64,000 nucleotides of DNA from an uncultured Desulfarculus sp. (GCA_963665125.2 CAXXUK010000001.1:1280001-1344000); one strand, 5' to 3'. Shown: positions 19,805-29,903, numbered from the stretch's first letter. The notes: a model not told the origin generated them from the letters alone. Made by a program: numbers and translations.

Positions 19805-22288
19805 GTGGACAAAAGCCGCCTGATCAGCAACGTGATAAAACCCGCCCGGTACATCGGCGGCGAACCTTTCTGCGTGGTCAAGGACCAGGACCAGGTGCGT
19901 CTGAATCTGGCCCTGGTCTTTCCAGAGATTTATGAAATCGCCATGAGCCACCAGGGGCTCAAGGTGCTCTACAATCAACTTGCCCCGCGGGCCGACGTGT
20001 CGGCCGAGCGGGTGTTTTGCCCCTGGCACGACCTCATGGACGTGCTATACGCCAACGGCGAGGGCCCCTGGTCCCTGGAAACCGGCCGCGGGCTGGCCGA
20101 TTTCGACGCCATCGGCTTTTCCCTGCAATACGAGCTGACCTACACCAACCTGCTGCACATGCTCAAACTCGCGGGCATACCCCTGCGCCGGGAGGACCGC
20201 GGACCGGCCGACCCGGTGATCATCGCCGGGGGGCCCTGCGCGGTCAATCCCGAGCCCCTGGCCGATTTCCTGGATCTGGCGGCCATCGGCGACGGCGAGG
20301 CAATGATCGGCGAGTTGTGCGACCTGCTGATCATGTCCAAGGATCAAGGCTGGTCCAGGGATGAGCTGTATCATCGGGCCATGGACATCCCCGGCGTCTA
20401 CGCCCCGGCCCTTTTCCTGCCGGTGTATCAAGACGGACGCCTTGCCGAAATCAAGGCCCTGGACCCGGCCCACACCAAGGTGCAACGGCGCATCGAAGCC
20501 GACCTGGGCGCCTGGCCGCCTCCTCAAACTCCCGTGCTGCCACTGGTCAAGCCGGTGCACGACCGCCTGGGCATGGAGATATCCCGGGGTTGCACCAGGG
20601 GCTGCCGCTTTTGCCAGGCGGGCTTCATCTACCGGCCCGTGCGGGAGCGCCCGGCCGAGCAGGTGGTGGAAGCCCTGACGGCGGCGGTTGACCACAGCGG
20701 TTTGGACGAAACGGCTCTATTGTCTTTGTCGGCCGGCGACTACACCTGCATCGAACCCCTGGCCGCAGCCCTGATGAATATCCTGGAGCCGCGCATGGTC
20801 AGCATAAGTCTGCCTTCGCTAAGGGTTGACTCCCTTAGCGAGGAGTTGATCGCCCAGATCAAGCGGGTGCGCAAAACCGGCTTTACCTTGGCGCCCGAGG
20901 CGGGCAGCGACCGCATGCGGTCGGTCATCAACAAGGACCTGAGCAAAGATCAGATACTCGAGACCGCCCAGCGGGTGTTCGGCCTGGGCTGGAACCTGAT
21001 CAAACTCTATTTCATGATCGGCCTGCCCGGCGAGACCGAAGAAGACATCCTGGCCATCGGCGAGCTGAGCCGCCAGGTGGCTGCCCTTTCCCGCAGCCGG
21101 GGCCGCAAGCCGGTGGTTCACAGCAGCATCGGCATTTTCGTGCCCAAGCCCCACACCCCGTTCCAATGGGAAAGCCAGTTGAACCTGAAGCAGGCCCAGC
21201 AGGCCCTTTACCTGGCCAGGGGCAATGTAAACGGCCGGGTCAAGGCCAAGTGGAACGACCCCTACCAGTCGGTGATCGAAGGCATCATGGCCCGGGGCGA
21301 CAGACGCCTGGGCCCGGTTTTGGAGCATTTGGTCGAAGCCGGTTGCCGCTTTGACGGTTGGTCCGAGCAGCTCGATTACAGCGCCTGGATGGAGGCGCTG
21401 GAGTCCAACGGCCTGAGACTGGACGATTTCCTACGGCCCAGGGACCTCGATGAAGTGCTGCCCTGGGACCACATCGACGTGGGCGTAACCAAGAAATACC
21501 TCAAGTTAGAGCGCAAAAAGGCCTTGGAAGGCACGCGCACGGCAGACTGCCGCGGCGGAGACTGCTCAGGCTGCGGTGTATGCGACTTTGAAACAATCCA
21601 ACCAAAGCTGGCCCCCACGCCGCCGCGGCTGCGGCCCTATGAACCGGTGGTGTCCAGCGGCCAGTATTACAAATACAGATTCCGCCTGGAAAAGACCGGC
21701 CAGGCCCGCTTTATCGGTCATCTGGAAATGATGACCCTGGTGATGCGGGCCTTCCGCCATGCCAATGCCCCCCTGGCCTTTACCCAGGGCTTTAACCCGC
21801 AAGCCAAGGTCAAGGCCTGTTCGGCCCTGCCCCTGGGCGTGGAAAGCCTGGTTGAAGTAATCGAAATCACCACCACAAGCCCCTGCGACCCCGCCGATCT
21901 GGCCCAGAAGGCTAGCCATGCCCTGCCCCAAGGCATGCTTTTGGCCGACGGCAGGACCTCCCGGCCCAAGGAAGGGCTGGCTGAACCCGACAGCGTGACC
22001 TATCAGGTGCGCTCTGATGAGCAACTGGACCGGAGCCTCTTGGAAGAGTTCATTCAAGCGGACGCCTGGCCCTATACGCGGTTCAGCCCAAAAGGCAGCA
22101 GGGAGATGAATTTCCGGCAAACTGTGCGTAAAATTGAGTTTGCCGACGATCATCTGTTGCTGGAGGTGGGCCGCGAGGGCGGCAGGCCCAAACCAGCCGA
22201 AGTGCTCGAAAGCATTTTCGGGCTCAGCCCGGAACAGGCCGCCGGGGCCAGGGCCCTGAAAATCCAGGCCCGATGGGGAGAAAACTAA
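19805..22288 (+). CDS. B12-binding radical SAM protein (TIGR03960-like) fused to TIGR03936/DUF2344-like domain
   Basis: KPARYIGGE, RGCTRGCRFC (CX3CX2C), FVPKPHTPFQW; C-terminal RFIGHLE...FTQGFNP..ALPLGVES. Confidence 0.9.
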   Translation: MDKSRLISNVIKPARYIGGEPFCVVKDQDQVRLNLALVFPEIYEIAMSHQGLKVLYNQLAPRADVSAERVFCPWHDLMDVLYANGEGPWSLETGRGLADFDAIGFSLQYELTYTNLLHMLKLAGIPLRREDRGPADPVIIAGGPCAVNPEPLADFLDLAAIGDGEAMIGELCDLLIMSKDQGWSRDELYHRAMDIPGVYAPALFLPVYQDGRLAEIKALDPAHTKVQRRIEADLGAWPPPQTPVLPLVKPVHDRLGMEISRGCTRGCRFCQAGFIYRPVRERPAEQVVEALTAAVDHSGLDETALLSLSAGDYTCIEPLAAALMNILEPRMVSISLPSLRVDSLSEELIAQIKRVRKTGFTLAPEAGSDRMRSVINKDLSKDQILETAQRVFGLGWNLIKLYFMIGLPGETEEDILAIGELSRQVAALSRSRGRKPVVHSSIGIFVPKPHTPFQWESQLNLKQAQQALYLARGNVNGRVKAKWNDPYQSVIEGIMARGDRRLGPVLEHLVEAGCRFDGWSEQLDYSAWMEALESNGLRLDDFLRPRDLDEVLPWDHIDVGVTKKYLKLERKKALEGTRTADCRGGDCSGCGVCDFETIQPKLAPTPPRLRPYEPVVSSGQYYKYRFRLEKTGQARFIGHLEMMTLVMRAFRHANAPLAFTQGFNPQAKVKACSALPLGVESLVEVIEITTTSPCDPADLAQKASHALPQGMLLADGRTSRPKEGLAEPDSVTYQVRSDEQLDRSLLEEFIQADAWPYTRFSPKGSREMNFRQTVRKIEFADDHLLLEVGREGGRPKPAEVLESIFGLSPEQAAGARALKIQARWGEN

Positions 22289-22289
22289 C

Positions 22290-23816
22290 GTGTCCGCCAC
22301 ACTGCTTATAAACGCGCGCTCATATGAAACAAGGGTCGCCCTGCTGGAAAACGGCCACTGTGTGGAGGTCTACACGGAACGCCACAAGCAAGGCTCCCTG
22401 GCCGGCAACATCTATCTGGGCCGGGTGGCCAGGGTCCTGCCGGGCATGCAGGCCGCGTTCGTGGACGTAGGTCTGCCCAAGGCGGCGTTTTTGTATGTGG
22501 GCGACGTGCGCACCGATGTCAGCCCAGACGACGTGATCCGCGAAGAAGAGGCCGACCGCAACGGCATGGGAGGTTCCCGGAACGGGCAGCCAGGACCCCT
22601 GGGCCAGGAAGGCCAGCCCCGCATCGAACAGCTCTTGACCCAAGGCCAGGAGATAATGGTCCAGGTGGCCAAGGAGCCCTTGGGCTCAAAGGGCGCCCGA
22701 ATCACCACTCATATCACCCTGCCCGGCCGCAATCTGGTGTTGATGCCCACCCTGAACCATATCGGAGTAAGCCGCCGCATCGAAGTAGAAGACGAGCGCA
22801 TCCGCCTGCGCCAGACCATCGAACAGATGTCGCCCGATGGCTATGGCTTTATCGCCCGCACGGCCAGCGAATCCCAGGAACCGGAAAAGCTGCGGGCCGA
22901 AATGGACTTCCTTGTGTCCCTGTGGGAATCGATCCTCCAGCGCCGCAGCCGGGCCCAACTGCCCAGCATGCTCCACCGAGACCTTTCGGTGAGTCTGCGG
23001 GCCGTGCGCGACCTGTGCACCCGCGAGGTCGATCACATGGTCATCGACTGCGAACAGGAATATCACGAGGTCGTTGAATTCGTTTCCACCTTCATGCCCC
23101 GGCTGCGGCCCTGCGTGGAGCTCTACAACGACGTGGAACCCATTTTCGACTACTACGGCGTGGAGCATGAACTGACCAGGGCCCTTGGCCGCAAGGTGTG
23201 GCTCAAATCCGGCGGCTATGTGGTCATCGAAAAAACCGAGGCCCTGACCACCATCGACGTCAACACCGGCCGCTACGTGGGCGGACACAACCTTGAAGAA
23301 ACCATCCTCAAGACCAACCTGGAGGCCGTCCGGGAGATCGCCTGCCAGATCCGCCTGCGGGACATCGGCGGCCTTATCGTCATCGACTTCATCGACATGG
23401 AAAAGGAGCCCCACCGCAACCGCGTAGTCGACGCTCTCAAGGACGCCCTGCGCTCGGACCGCTCCAAGACCAATGTCCTGCCCATGAGCCCCCTTGGCCT
23501 TGTGGAGATGACCCGCAAACGGGTGCGCCAATCCCTGGGTGAGAGCCTCACCGAGCCCTGCCTCTATTGCCACGGCTCGGGCAAAATCAAGGACGCCAGC
23601 ACCACCTGCTACGAAATATTCCGGGAACTGGAGCGCGAGTTGCCCCATGTGGACGCCGAGACCGTGCATGTGTCGGTGCATCCCACGGTGGCCGATGTGA
23701 TGCTCCAGGAAGAGCGTTATGTCCTGGAAGAGCTGGAAACCCTTTTGGGCCTTACCATCCAGGTGGACGCCGATCACACTCTGCACCGCGAGTATTTCAC
23801 CATCTGCCCGGAGTAG
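22290..23816 (+). CDS. rng: Ribonuclease E/G family (RNase G)
   Basis: GNIYLGRV..VLPGMQAAFVD, TTIDVNTG, GGLIVIDFIDM, LVEMTRKR, CLYCHG. Confidence 0.93.
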   Translation: MSATLLINARSYETRVALLENGHCVEVYTERHKQGSLAGNIYLGRVARVLPGMQAAFVDVGLPKAAFLYVGDVRTDVSPDDVIREEEADRNGMGGSRNGQPGPLGQEGQPRIEQLLTQGQEIMVQVAKEPLGSKGARITTHITLPGRNLVLMPTLNHIGVSRRIEVEDERIRLRQTIEQMSPDGYGFIARTASESQEPEKLRAEMDFLVSLWESILQRRSRAQLPSMLHRDLSVSLRAVRDLCTREVDHMVIDCEQEYHEVVEFVSTFMPRLRPCVELYNDVEPIFDYYGVEHELTRALGRKVWLKSGGYVVIEKTEALTTIDVNTGRYVGGHNLEETILKTNLEAVREIACQIRLRDIGGLIVIDFIDMEKEPHRNRVVDALKDALRSDRSKTNVLPMSPLGLVEMTRKRVRQSLGESLTEPCLYCHGSGKIKDASTTCYEIFRELERELPHVDAETVHVSVHPTVADVMLQEERYVLEELETLLGLTIQVDADHTLHREYFTICPE

Positions 23817-23907
23817 GCCTTCGCCTTTGCCGCGCTGTCCGTTTTTGCCTTCATATGCGGCGAAACGCCCTGTCGTTTCGTGCAATAGCCGTTTTGCGAT
23901 GACTTAA

Positions 23908-23960
23908 TAGCTATATTCTAGCTACATTTACTTGACGAAACGGCGGGGATTTCATATCGT
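23908..23960 (+). promoter_or_regulatory. sigma70 promoter with upstream palindromic operator candidate
   Basis: TTGACG-N17-TATCGT (23932-23960); TAGCTA-N5-TAGCTA (23908-23924). Confidence 0.5.
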
Positions 23961-23992
23961 GGGACAGACGCGCTATTCAACCGGAGGCGATT

Positions 23993-25144
23993 ATGGACTT
24001 CCAATTATCCATGGAACAAGAAATCCTGCGTAAAAGCGTCCGCGATTTCGCGGAAAAGGAAATTGCACCCAAAGCCCAGGAACTCGACCGCAAGGAGGAG
24101 TTCTCCCTGGAGACTTTCCAGGCCATGGCCGAGCTCGGCCTTTTCGGCATGGTGGTCAGCGAGGATTACGGTGGCCAGGGCATGGACTACATCTCCTACA
24201 TCATCGCCGTGGAAGAGATAGCCAGGGTCGATGGCTCCCACGGCGCAACGGTCGCCGCGGGCAATTCCCTGGGCATAGGCCCCCTGTATTATTACGGCAG
24301 TGAAGAGCAAAAGAAAAAGTACCTGCCCAAGCTCTGTTCTGGCGAGGGTCTGTGGGGCTTCGGCCTGACCGAACCCAACGCCGGTTCCGACGCCGGAGGC
24401 TCGCGCACCACCGCCATATTGGACGGCGACGAGTGGGTCATCAACGGCTCCAAGATTTTCATCACCAATGCCTCGGCACCAAATTCCCTGGGCTGCACGG
24501 TCATGGCCCGCACGGGCACCTATGACGACGGCCGCCCCGAGTTAAGCTGCATCCTGGTGGAAAACGGCACCCCCGGCTACGAGGCCAGGGAAATGCACGG
24601 CAAGATGATGTGGCGGGCCTCAAACACCTCGGAGCTGTACTTTGACGACTGCCGGGTGCCCAAATCCAACATCCTGGGCGACCGGGGCAAGGGCTTTCAC
24701 CAGATGCTGGCCACCCTCGACGCCGGACGCCTATCCATCGGCGCCCTGGGCATAGGCGGCGCCCAGGGGGCCTTTGATCTGGCCCTGAAATACGCCAAGG
24801 AGCGCGAACAGTTCGGCAAGCCCATCAGCACATTCCAGATCAACGCCTTCAAGCTGGCCGACATGGCCATGGAGATCGAGGCCGCCCGTCTTCTGCTCTA
24901 CAAGGCCTGTTGGCTCAAGGACAACCACCAGTCCTTCAGCAAGCTGGCGGCCATGGGCAAGCTCTACGCCTCCGAGGTCATGGGCCGTGTGGTCAGCGAG
25001 GCCGTGCAACTTCACGGCGGCTACGGTCTGATGCAGGAATACGACGTTGAACGCTTCTACCGCGACCAAAAGCTCCTGACCATCGGCGAAGGCACCAGCG
25101 AGGTCCAACGACTGGTCATCGCCAGGTTGATCGGGGCTATTTAG
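23993..25144 (+). CDS. Acyl-CoA dehydrogenase
   Basis: FGLTEPNAGSDA, INGSKIFITN, REQFGKPI, QLHGGYG, IGEGTSEVQR. Confidence 0.95.
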   Translation: MDFQLSMEQEILRKSVRDFAEKEIAPKAQELDRKEEFSLETFQAMAELGLFGMVVSEDYGGQGMDYISYIIAVEEIARVDGSHGATVAAGNSLGIGPLYYYGSEEQKKKYLPKLCSGEGLWGFGLTEPNAGSDAGGSRTTAILDGDEWVINGSKIFITNASAPNSLGCTVMARTGTYDDGRPELSCILVENGTPGYEAREMHGKMMWRASNTSELYFDDCRVPKSNILGDRGKGFHQMLATLDAGRLSIGALGIGGAQGAFDLALKYAKEREQFGKPISTFQINAFKLADMAMEIEAARLLLYKACWLKDNHQSFSKLAAMGKLYASEVMGRVVSEAVQLHGGYGLMQEYDVERFYRDQKLLTIGEGTSEVQRLVIARLIGAI

Positions 25145-25153
25145 ATTCTTTTC

Positions 25154-25405
25154 TTGGGGGGCTTTTTGAAAAAAGCCCCCCAAACCCCGCAAAAACTTTT
25201 CCGCGAAATCATTTACGCCTGCGGCGCAAATGATTTCGCGGCGTTTTGCGTGCTTTGTGGGTTTGCAAAGCACGCAAATTAATTGCACGCAGTAACGGCC
25301 CCACTTGTTTTGTCAAAGACAAAACAAGTGGGGCCGGTGGCGGCAGACGGGTGTGCGGAAAACAAACGGCGGCCCTGATTTGGCCTACGGCCAAATCAGG
25401 GCCGC
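25154..25405. repeat. Array of five different long inverted repeats (REP/BIME-like or structured RNA)
   Basis: Stems at 25154-25183 (13-14 bp), 25201-25241 (19 bp, 1 mismatch), 25245-25278 (13 bp), 25296-25336 (19 bp perfect), 25369-25405 (17 bp perfect). Confidence 0.85.
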
Positions 25406-25462
25406 ATGTGGTTTTCTTTTTGGAGGTGCCCCCCATAAGACCTTCCTCGCTGAATGAAGAAC

Positions 25463-25490
25463 TTGCCATGCGGAATTTGAAGTTTATAAT
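25463..25490 (+). promoter_or_regulatory. Putative sigma70 promoter of the RND operon
   Basis: TTGCCA-N16-TATAAT. Confidence 0.5.
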
Positions 25491-25549
25491 CTTAGAAGCT
25501 GCTGTGAATCACTCCTGACTATTTCCTTTACTCATGGGTTATTGAATAT

Positions 25550-26626
25550 ATGCGCTCTTCTGGTATCAAAATCGCCATCATCGCTGCCGGAGTCGTGATT
25601 CTGGCCGTACTCATCGCCTACATGGGCGGTATGCTCAATTTCTCCGCAGTAGAGCCAGGCAAGGCCTCGCCGCCGCCGCCGGATGTGAGCCAAGCCCTCA
25701 CCGAAGCCAAGGCGGCGGTGGAGACATGGCCCGAGTATTTCGAGGCCGTGGGCACCATCCGCCCCCGCACCGAGACAAGGATCGAGGCCCAGGTTAGCGC
25801 CAAGGTCTTGCAGGTCAAGGTGCGCCCAGGCGACGTGGTCGAACAGGGCAAATTGCTGGTGATGCTCGATGACCAACAATACGAGGCCCGCCTGGGCCAG
25901 GCCAGGCAGGAGCTCAGCGCGGCCAAGGCGGCCCTGGTGCTGGCCGAGGCCGACTACGGCCGCATCAAGCGCCTGTATGAACGCAACGCCGCACCCAAGC
26001 AGGACTTGGACCGCAAGACCGAAAATCTCAAACGCAGCCAGGCCATGGTCATCAGGGCCGAACGGGCAGCGGAAGAAGCAGAACTGGCCCTGGGCTACAC
26101 CCGCATCAAGGCCACCGAGGCGGGCCAGATCACCCAGCGGCTTATCGAGCCGGGCGACATCGCCCTGCCCGGCCGCACTCTGCTGGTCCTGGAGACAGGC
26201 GGAGCCATGCGTTTGGAGGCCCTGGTGCGGGAGGGGCTCATCGAAAAGGTCCGCCTGGGCCAGGAACTCACCGTGTCCATCCCCTCCCTTGGGCGAGACA
26301 TCATTGGCCGGGTGGAGGAAATCGTGCCCTCGGCCGACCCCCAGACCAGGACATTTTTGGTCAAGGCGGTTTTGCCCAAGGCCGAAGGGCTGTATTCGGG
26401 CATGTTCGGACGCCTGCTGATCCCTGCCGGTGAGCACAAGGTCGTCACCGCGCCCAGAGCCGCCATAGCCAGGGTGGGCCAATTGGAGACCGTGCTGATA
26501 AAAAACGGCGAGGGCTGGACCAGGGCCTATGTGACCACGGGCCGCGTCTCCGGCGGCCGGGTCGAGGTCCTCTCCGGCCTCAAGGGAGATGAAACCCTGG
26601 GCCTGGGGGGCGCGGCCAATGAATGA
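25550..26626 (+). CDS. RND efflux periplasmic adaptor (MFP)
   Basis: N-terminal anchor, lipoyl-like GDVVEQGKLLV, coiled hairpin, ADPQTRTFLVK, GMFGR, VEVLSGL. Confidence 0.92.
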   Translation: MRSSGIKIAIIAAGVVILAVLIAYMGGMLNFSAVEPGKASPPPPDVSQALTEAKAAVETWPEYFEAVGTIRPRTETRIEAQVSAKVLQVKVRPGDVVEQGKLLVMLDDQQYEARLGQARQELSAAKAALVLAEADYGRIKRLYERNAAPKQDLDRKTENLKRSQAMVIRAERAAEEAELALGYTRIKATEAGQITQRLIEPGDIALPGRTLLVLETGGAMRLEALVREGLIEKVRLGQELTVSIPSLGRDIIGRVEEIVPSADPQTRTFLVKAVLPKAEGLYSGMFGRLLIPAGEHKVVTAPRAAIARVGQLETVLIKNGEGWTRAYVTTGRVSGGRVEVLSGLKGDETLGLGGAANE

Positions 26627-29600
26627 TCCCGCGGCAGCCCCTGTAAAAATGGGTCTGGTCGCCAAAATGGTGCGGCCGTTCCTGGAATCCCAGCTGGCCA
26701 TTCTGCTGATCATCCTGGCCGTCGGACTGGGCCTGATCGCCGTTCTCTCCACGGCCAGGGAGGAAGACCCCCAGATAGTCGTGCCCATGGCCGACGTGTT
26801 CGTAAATGCGCCGGGGGCCAGCGCCGAGGAAATGGAAAAACTGGTGGCCACGCCCCTGGAGCGCCTGCTGTGGCAGATAGACGGCGTTGAGCATGTCTAT
26901 TCCATGAGCATGCCCGGCCAGGCAGTGGTCACGGTGCGTTTCTACGTGGGCCAGGACCGCGAAAGGTCCCTGGTCAAGTTGCACAACCGCATCATGATGA
27001 ACCAGGACGCGGCCCCGGCCCTGGTGACAGGCTGGGTCGTCAAGCCGGTTGAGATCGACGATGTGCCCATCGTCTCGCTGACCCTGCATTCACTGGAGCA
27101 CGACAGCCACCAGCTGAGGCGCGTTGCCGAGGAGCTTATGGCCCGGCTGGCCGAAACGCCGGACATCAGCCGCAGCGTGGTCATCGGCGGCAGGCCCAGG
27201 GAAGTGCGCGTGGAGCTGGACTCCCGGCTCATGTCCGGATTCGGCGTAACCACCGTTGAGGTGCAGCGGGCCCTGCAAGGTGCCGACGCCTCCCTCAAGG
27301 CCGGCCTCTTTGACCGGGCGGACACGCAATATGAACTGACAAGCGACTCCTTTTTGACCGATCCGCGCCAGGTGTCCGACCTGGTGGTGGGCGTGCACAA
27401 CGGCCGCCCGGTTTACCTGCGCGATATCGCCGCCATCATCGACGGCCCCAGGGAGCCGGACAACTACACCCGCATCGGCTTTGGCACGGACTACCTCCAA
27501 AGCCGGGGCAAACCGGCGGGCCAGTGGTCCAGCCCGGCGGTGACCATCGCCCTTTCCAAAAAGAAAGGCACCAACGCCGTCACCGTGGCAGATGAGATCA
27601 TCCGCAGGACAGAGCGGTTGCAGCGCGAGGTGGTACCCAGGGGCATGGAGGTCCGAGTCACCCGCAACTACGGCCAGACCGCCCAGACAAAGTCCGACGA
27701 ACTGATAAGTTCCCTGGTCTTCGCCGTGATCACGGTGGTGGCCCTGTTGGCTTTTTCCTTGGGCTGGCGCGAGGCCCTGGTCGTTGCCGTGGCCGTGCCC
27801 TTGTCGTTCGCCCTGGCCCTTTTCGTCAACTATCTGTTCGGCTACACCATCAACCGGGTGACCATGTTCGCCCTGATCCTGTCCCTGGGCCTGGTGGTGG
27901 ACGACCCCATCACCAATGTGGACAACATCCAGCGTCATATCCTCATGGGCCGCAAACGACCGCTGTTGGCCACCCTGGACGCCGTGCAGGAAGTCCTACC
28001 GCCGGTGATCATGTCCACCCTGGCCATCATCATCTGTTTCACGCCCATGTTTTTCATCACCGGCATGATGGGCCCCTATATGGCGCCCATGGCCGTCAAC
28101 GTGCCGCTAACGGTGACGTTCTCCACCCTCTGGGCCCTGACCGTGGTGCCGTGGCTTTGCTACAAGCTCTTGCGCCGCCGTTCGCCCACGCTCGACCCCC
28201 AGGCCACCGCCCAGATGCTCAAGGACCGGGGCCGCGACGTGGTCAATCCCCACGTACGCAAGTTTTTCCACAAAATGGTCTCGCCGTTTTTGGACTCGCG
28301 AACCATGCGCTGGGGGCTGGTTGTGGTCATTCTGTTCATGCTGGCCGGGTGCGCGTCCCTGGTGCTGTTGCGCCAGGTGCCCTTGAAGATGCTGCCCTTT
28401 GACAACAAAAACGAGTTTCAGCTTGTCCTGGACTTCCCCGAGGGAACGACCCTGGAGGCCGCCGACAAGGCAACGCACGCCTTTGAGCGCTATTTGGCCA
28501 CGGTGCCCGAAGTAACCGACTTAACCGCTTTCGTGGGCGTATCCTCGCCCATGGATTTCAACGGCATGGTCCGCCATTACTACCTGCGCAGCGGCGGCAA
28601 TGTGGCCGATATCAGGGTAAACCTGCTGCCAAAGGACCAGCGGCAACAGCAAAGCCACGAGATAGTACTGCGTCTGCGCGACGACCTGACGGCCCTTGCC
28701 GACAAATCCGGCGTGAACCTGAAAATCGTCGAAACCCCGCCCGGCCCGCCGGTGATGTCGACCATCACGGCCGAGGTCGGCGGGCCACCCAGCGCTTCCT
28801 ACGCCCAATTAATCCAGGCGGCCAAAGGCCTGGAAAAGGTGATGACCGACGAGCCCATGGTCGTGGATATCGACGACTCGGCCCAGGCCCGGCGCGCCAG
28901 GATCAACTTCGTGGTGGACAAGGAAAAGGCGGCCCTGCACGGCGTGAGCACCGGCCAGATCATCCAGACCATGCGCCTGGCCCTCAGCGGCGACACGCCG
29001 GCCCACCTGCATGTGCCCCACGAGCGCAATCAGCTGCCCGTACGCCTGATCCTGCCCCGCAAGCAGCGCTCAAGCCTCTCGGGGCTGTCCGAGACGCCTG
29101 TGAAAACAGCATCGGGCGGGGTGGTTCCCCTGGGCGAACTGGGCCGGTTTGTCCAAAAGCCCGCCGAACAGGCCATCTACCACAAGGACCTGAAGCCCGT
29201 TGTCTTTGTCTATGCCGAGGTCGCCGGGCGATCTCCGGCCACGGCCATTTTGGACATGCAGTCCCAGCTTGAAAAATCGCCCCTGCCCCACGGAGCCCAG
29301 GTGGAATGGGCCGGCGAAGGCGAATGGCAGATTACATTGCGGGTGTTCCGGGATCTGGGCCTGGCCTTTGGCGCGGCGCTGATCGGCATTTACATCTTGT
29401 TGGTCCTGCAAACCGGATCGTTCTTTTTGCCACTGTTGTTGATGCTGGCCATCCCCCTAACCATTCTGGGCATCATGCCCGGTTTCTGGCTACTCAACAT
29501 TTTGGGGGCCGCGCCGGTGGGCGGTTTTCCCAACCCGGTGTTTTTCACGGCCACGTCCATGATCGGCATGATCGCCCTGGGCGGCATAGTGATTCGCAAC

Positions 29601-29867
29601 TCGCTGGTGCTCATCGAATTCATTCAGCAGTCGGTTGGGGAAGGCTTGAGTCTGCGGGAGGCGATCCTGGAAAGCGGGGCCGTGCGCCTGCGGCCCATCG
29701 TGCTCACTGCCCTGACCACGGCCCTGGGAGCCTGGCCCATCACCCTGGATCCCATCTTCTCGGGTCTGGCCTGGGCCCTGATCTTCGGCCTGCTGGCCTC
29801 CACTGCCTTTACGCTCATAGTGGTGCCGGTGGCCTATTACACCACCCAAAGCAGGCAAAGAGTTTGA
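26619..29867 (+). CDS. RND efflux permease (AcrB/CzcA superfamily)
   Basis: REEDPQI, GLVVDD, GIVIRNS, RLRPIVLT; about 12 TM segments; ATG overlaps the MFP 3' end. Confidence 0.94.
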   Translation: MNDPAAAPVKMGLVAKMVRPFLESQLAILLIILAVGLGLIAVLSTAREEDPQIVVPMADVFVNAPGASAEEMEKLVATPLERLLWQIDGVEHVYSMSMPGQAVVTVRFYVGQDRERSLVKLHNRIMMNQDAAPALVTGWVVKPVEIDDVPIVSLTLHSLEHDSHQLRRVAEELMARLAETPDISRSVVIGGRPREVRVELDSRLMSGFGVTTVEVQRALQGADASLKAGLFDRADTQYELTSDSFLTDPRQVSDLVVGVHNGRPVYLRDIAAIIDGPREPDNYTRIGFGTDYLQSRGKPAGQWSSPAVTIALSKKKGTNAVTVADEIIRRTERLQREVVPRGMEVRVTRNYGQTAQTKSDELISSLVFAVITVVALLAFSLGWREALVVAVAVPLSFALALFVNYLFGYTINRVTMFALILSLGLVVDDPITNVDNIQRHILMGRKRPLLATLDAVQEVLPPVIMSTLAIIICFTPMFFITGMMGPYMAPMAVNVPLTVTFSTLWALTVVPWLCYKLLRRRSPTLDPQATAQMLKDRGRDVVNPHVRKFFHKMVSPFLDSRTMRWGLVVVILFMLAGCASLVLLRQVPLKMLPFDNKNEFQLVLDFPEGTTLEAADKATHAFERYLATVPEVTDLTAFVGVSSPMDFNGMVRHYYLRSGGNVADIRVNLLPKDQRQQQSHEIVLRLRDDLTALADKSGVNLKIVETPPGPPVMSTITAEVGGPPSASYAQLIQAAKGLEKVMTDEPMVVDIDDSAQARRARINFVVDKEKAALHGVSTGQIIQTMRLALSGDTPAHLHVPHERNQLPVRLILPRKQRSSLSGLSETPVKTASGGVVPLGELGRFVQKPAEQAIYHKDLKPVVFVYAEVAGRSPATAILDMQSQLEKSPLPHGAQVEWAGEGEWQITLRVFRDLGLAFGAALIGIYILLVLQTGSFFLPLLLMLAIPLTILGIMPGFWLLNILGAAPVGGFPNPVFFTATSMIGMIALGGIVIRNSLVLIEFIQQSVGEGLSLREAILESGAVRLRPIVLTALTTALGAWPITLDPIFSGLAWALIFGLLASTAFTLIVVPVAYYTTQSRQRV

Positions 29868-29870
29868 TTG

Positions 29871-29898
29871 ATTGGGGGGCTGTAACAAGCCCCCCAAT
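29871..29898. terminator. Hairpin between convergent genes (probable bidirectional terminator)
   Basis: ATTGGGGGGCT-gtaaca-AGCCCCCCAAT, 11-bp stem. Confidence 0.7.
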
Positions 29899-29903
29899 TT
29901 GAA

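Noticed and set aside
25154..25405. Hairpin array as a CRISPR array or integron attC sites
   Set aside because: No identical direct repeats with spacers, no cas or intI gene, no RYYYAAC/GTTRRRY boxes.
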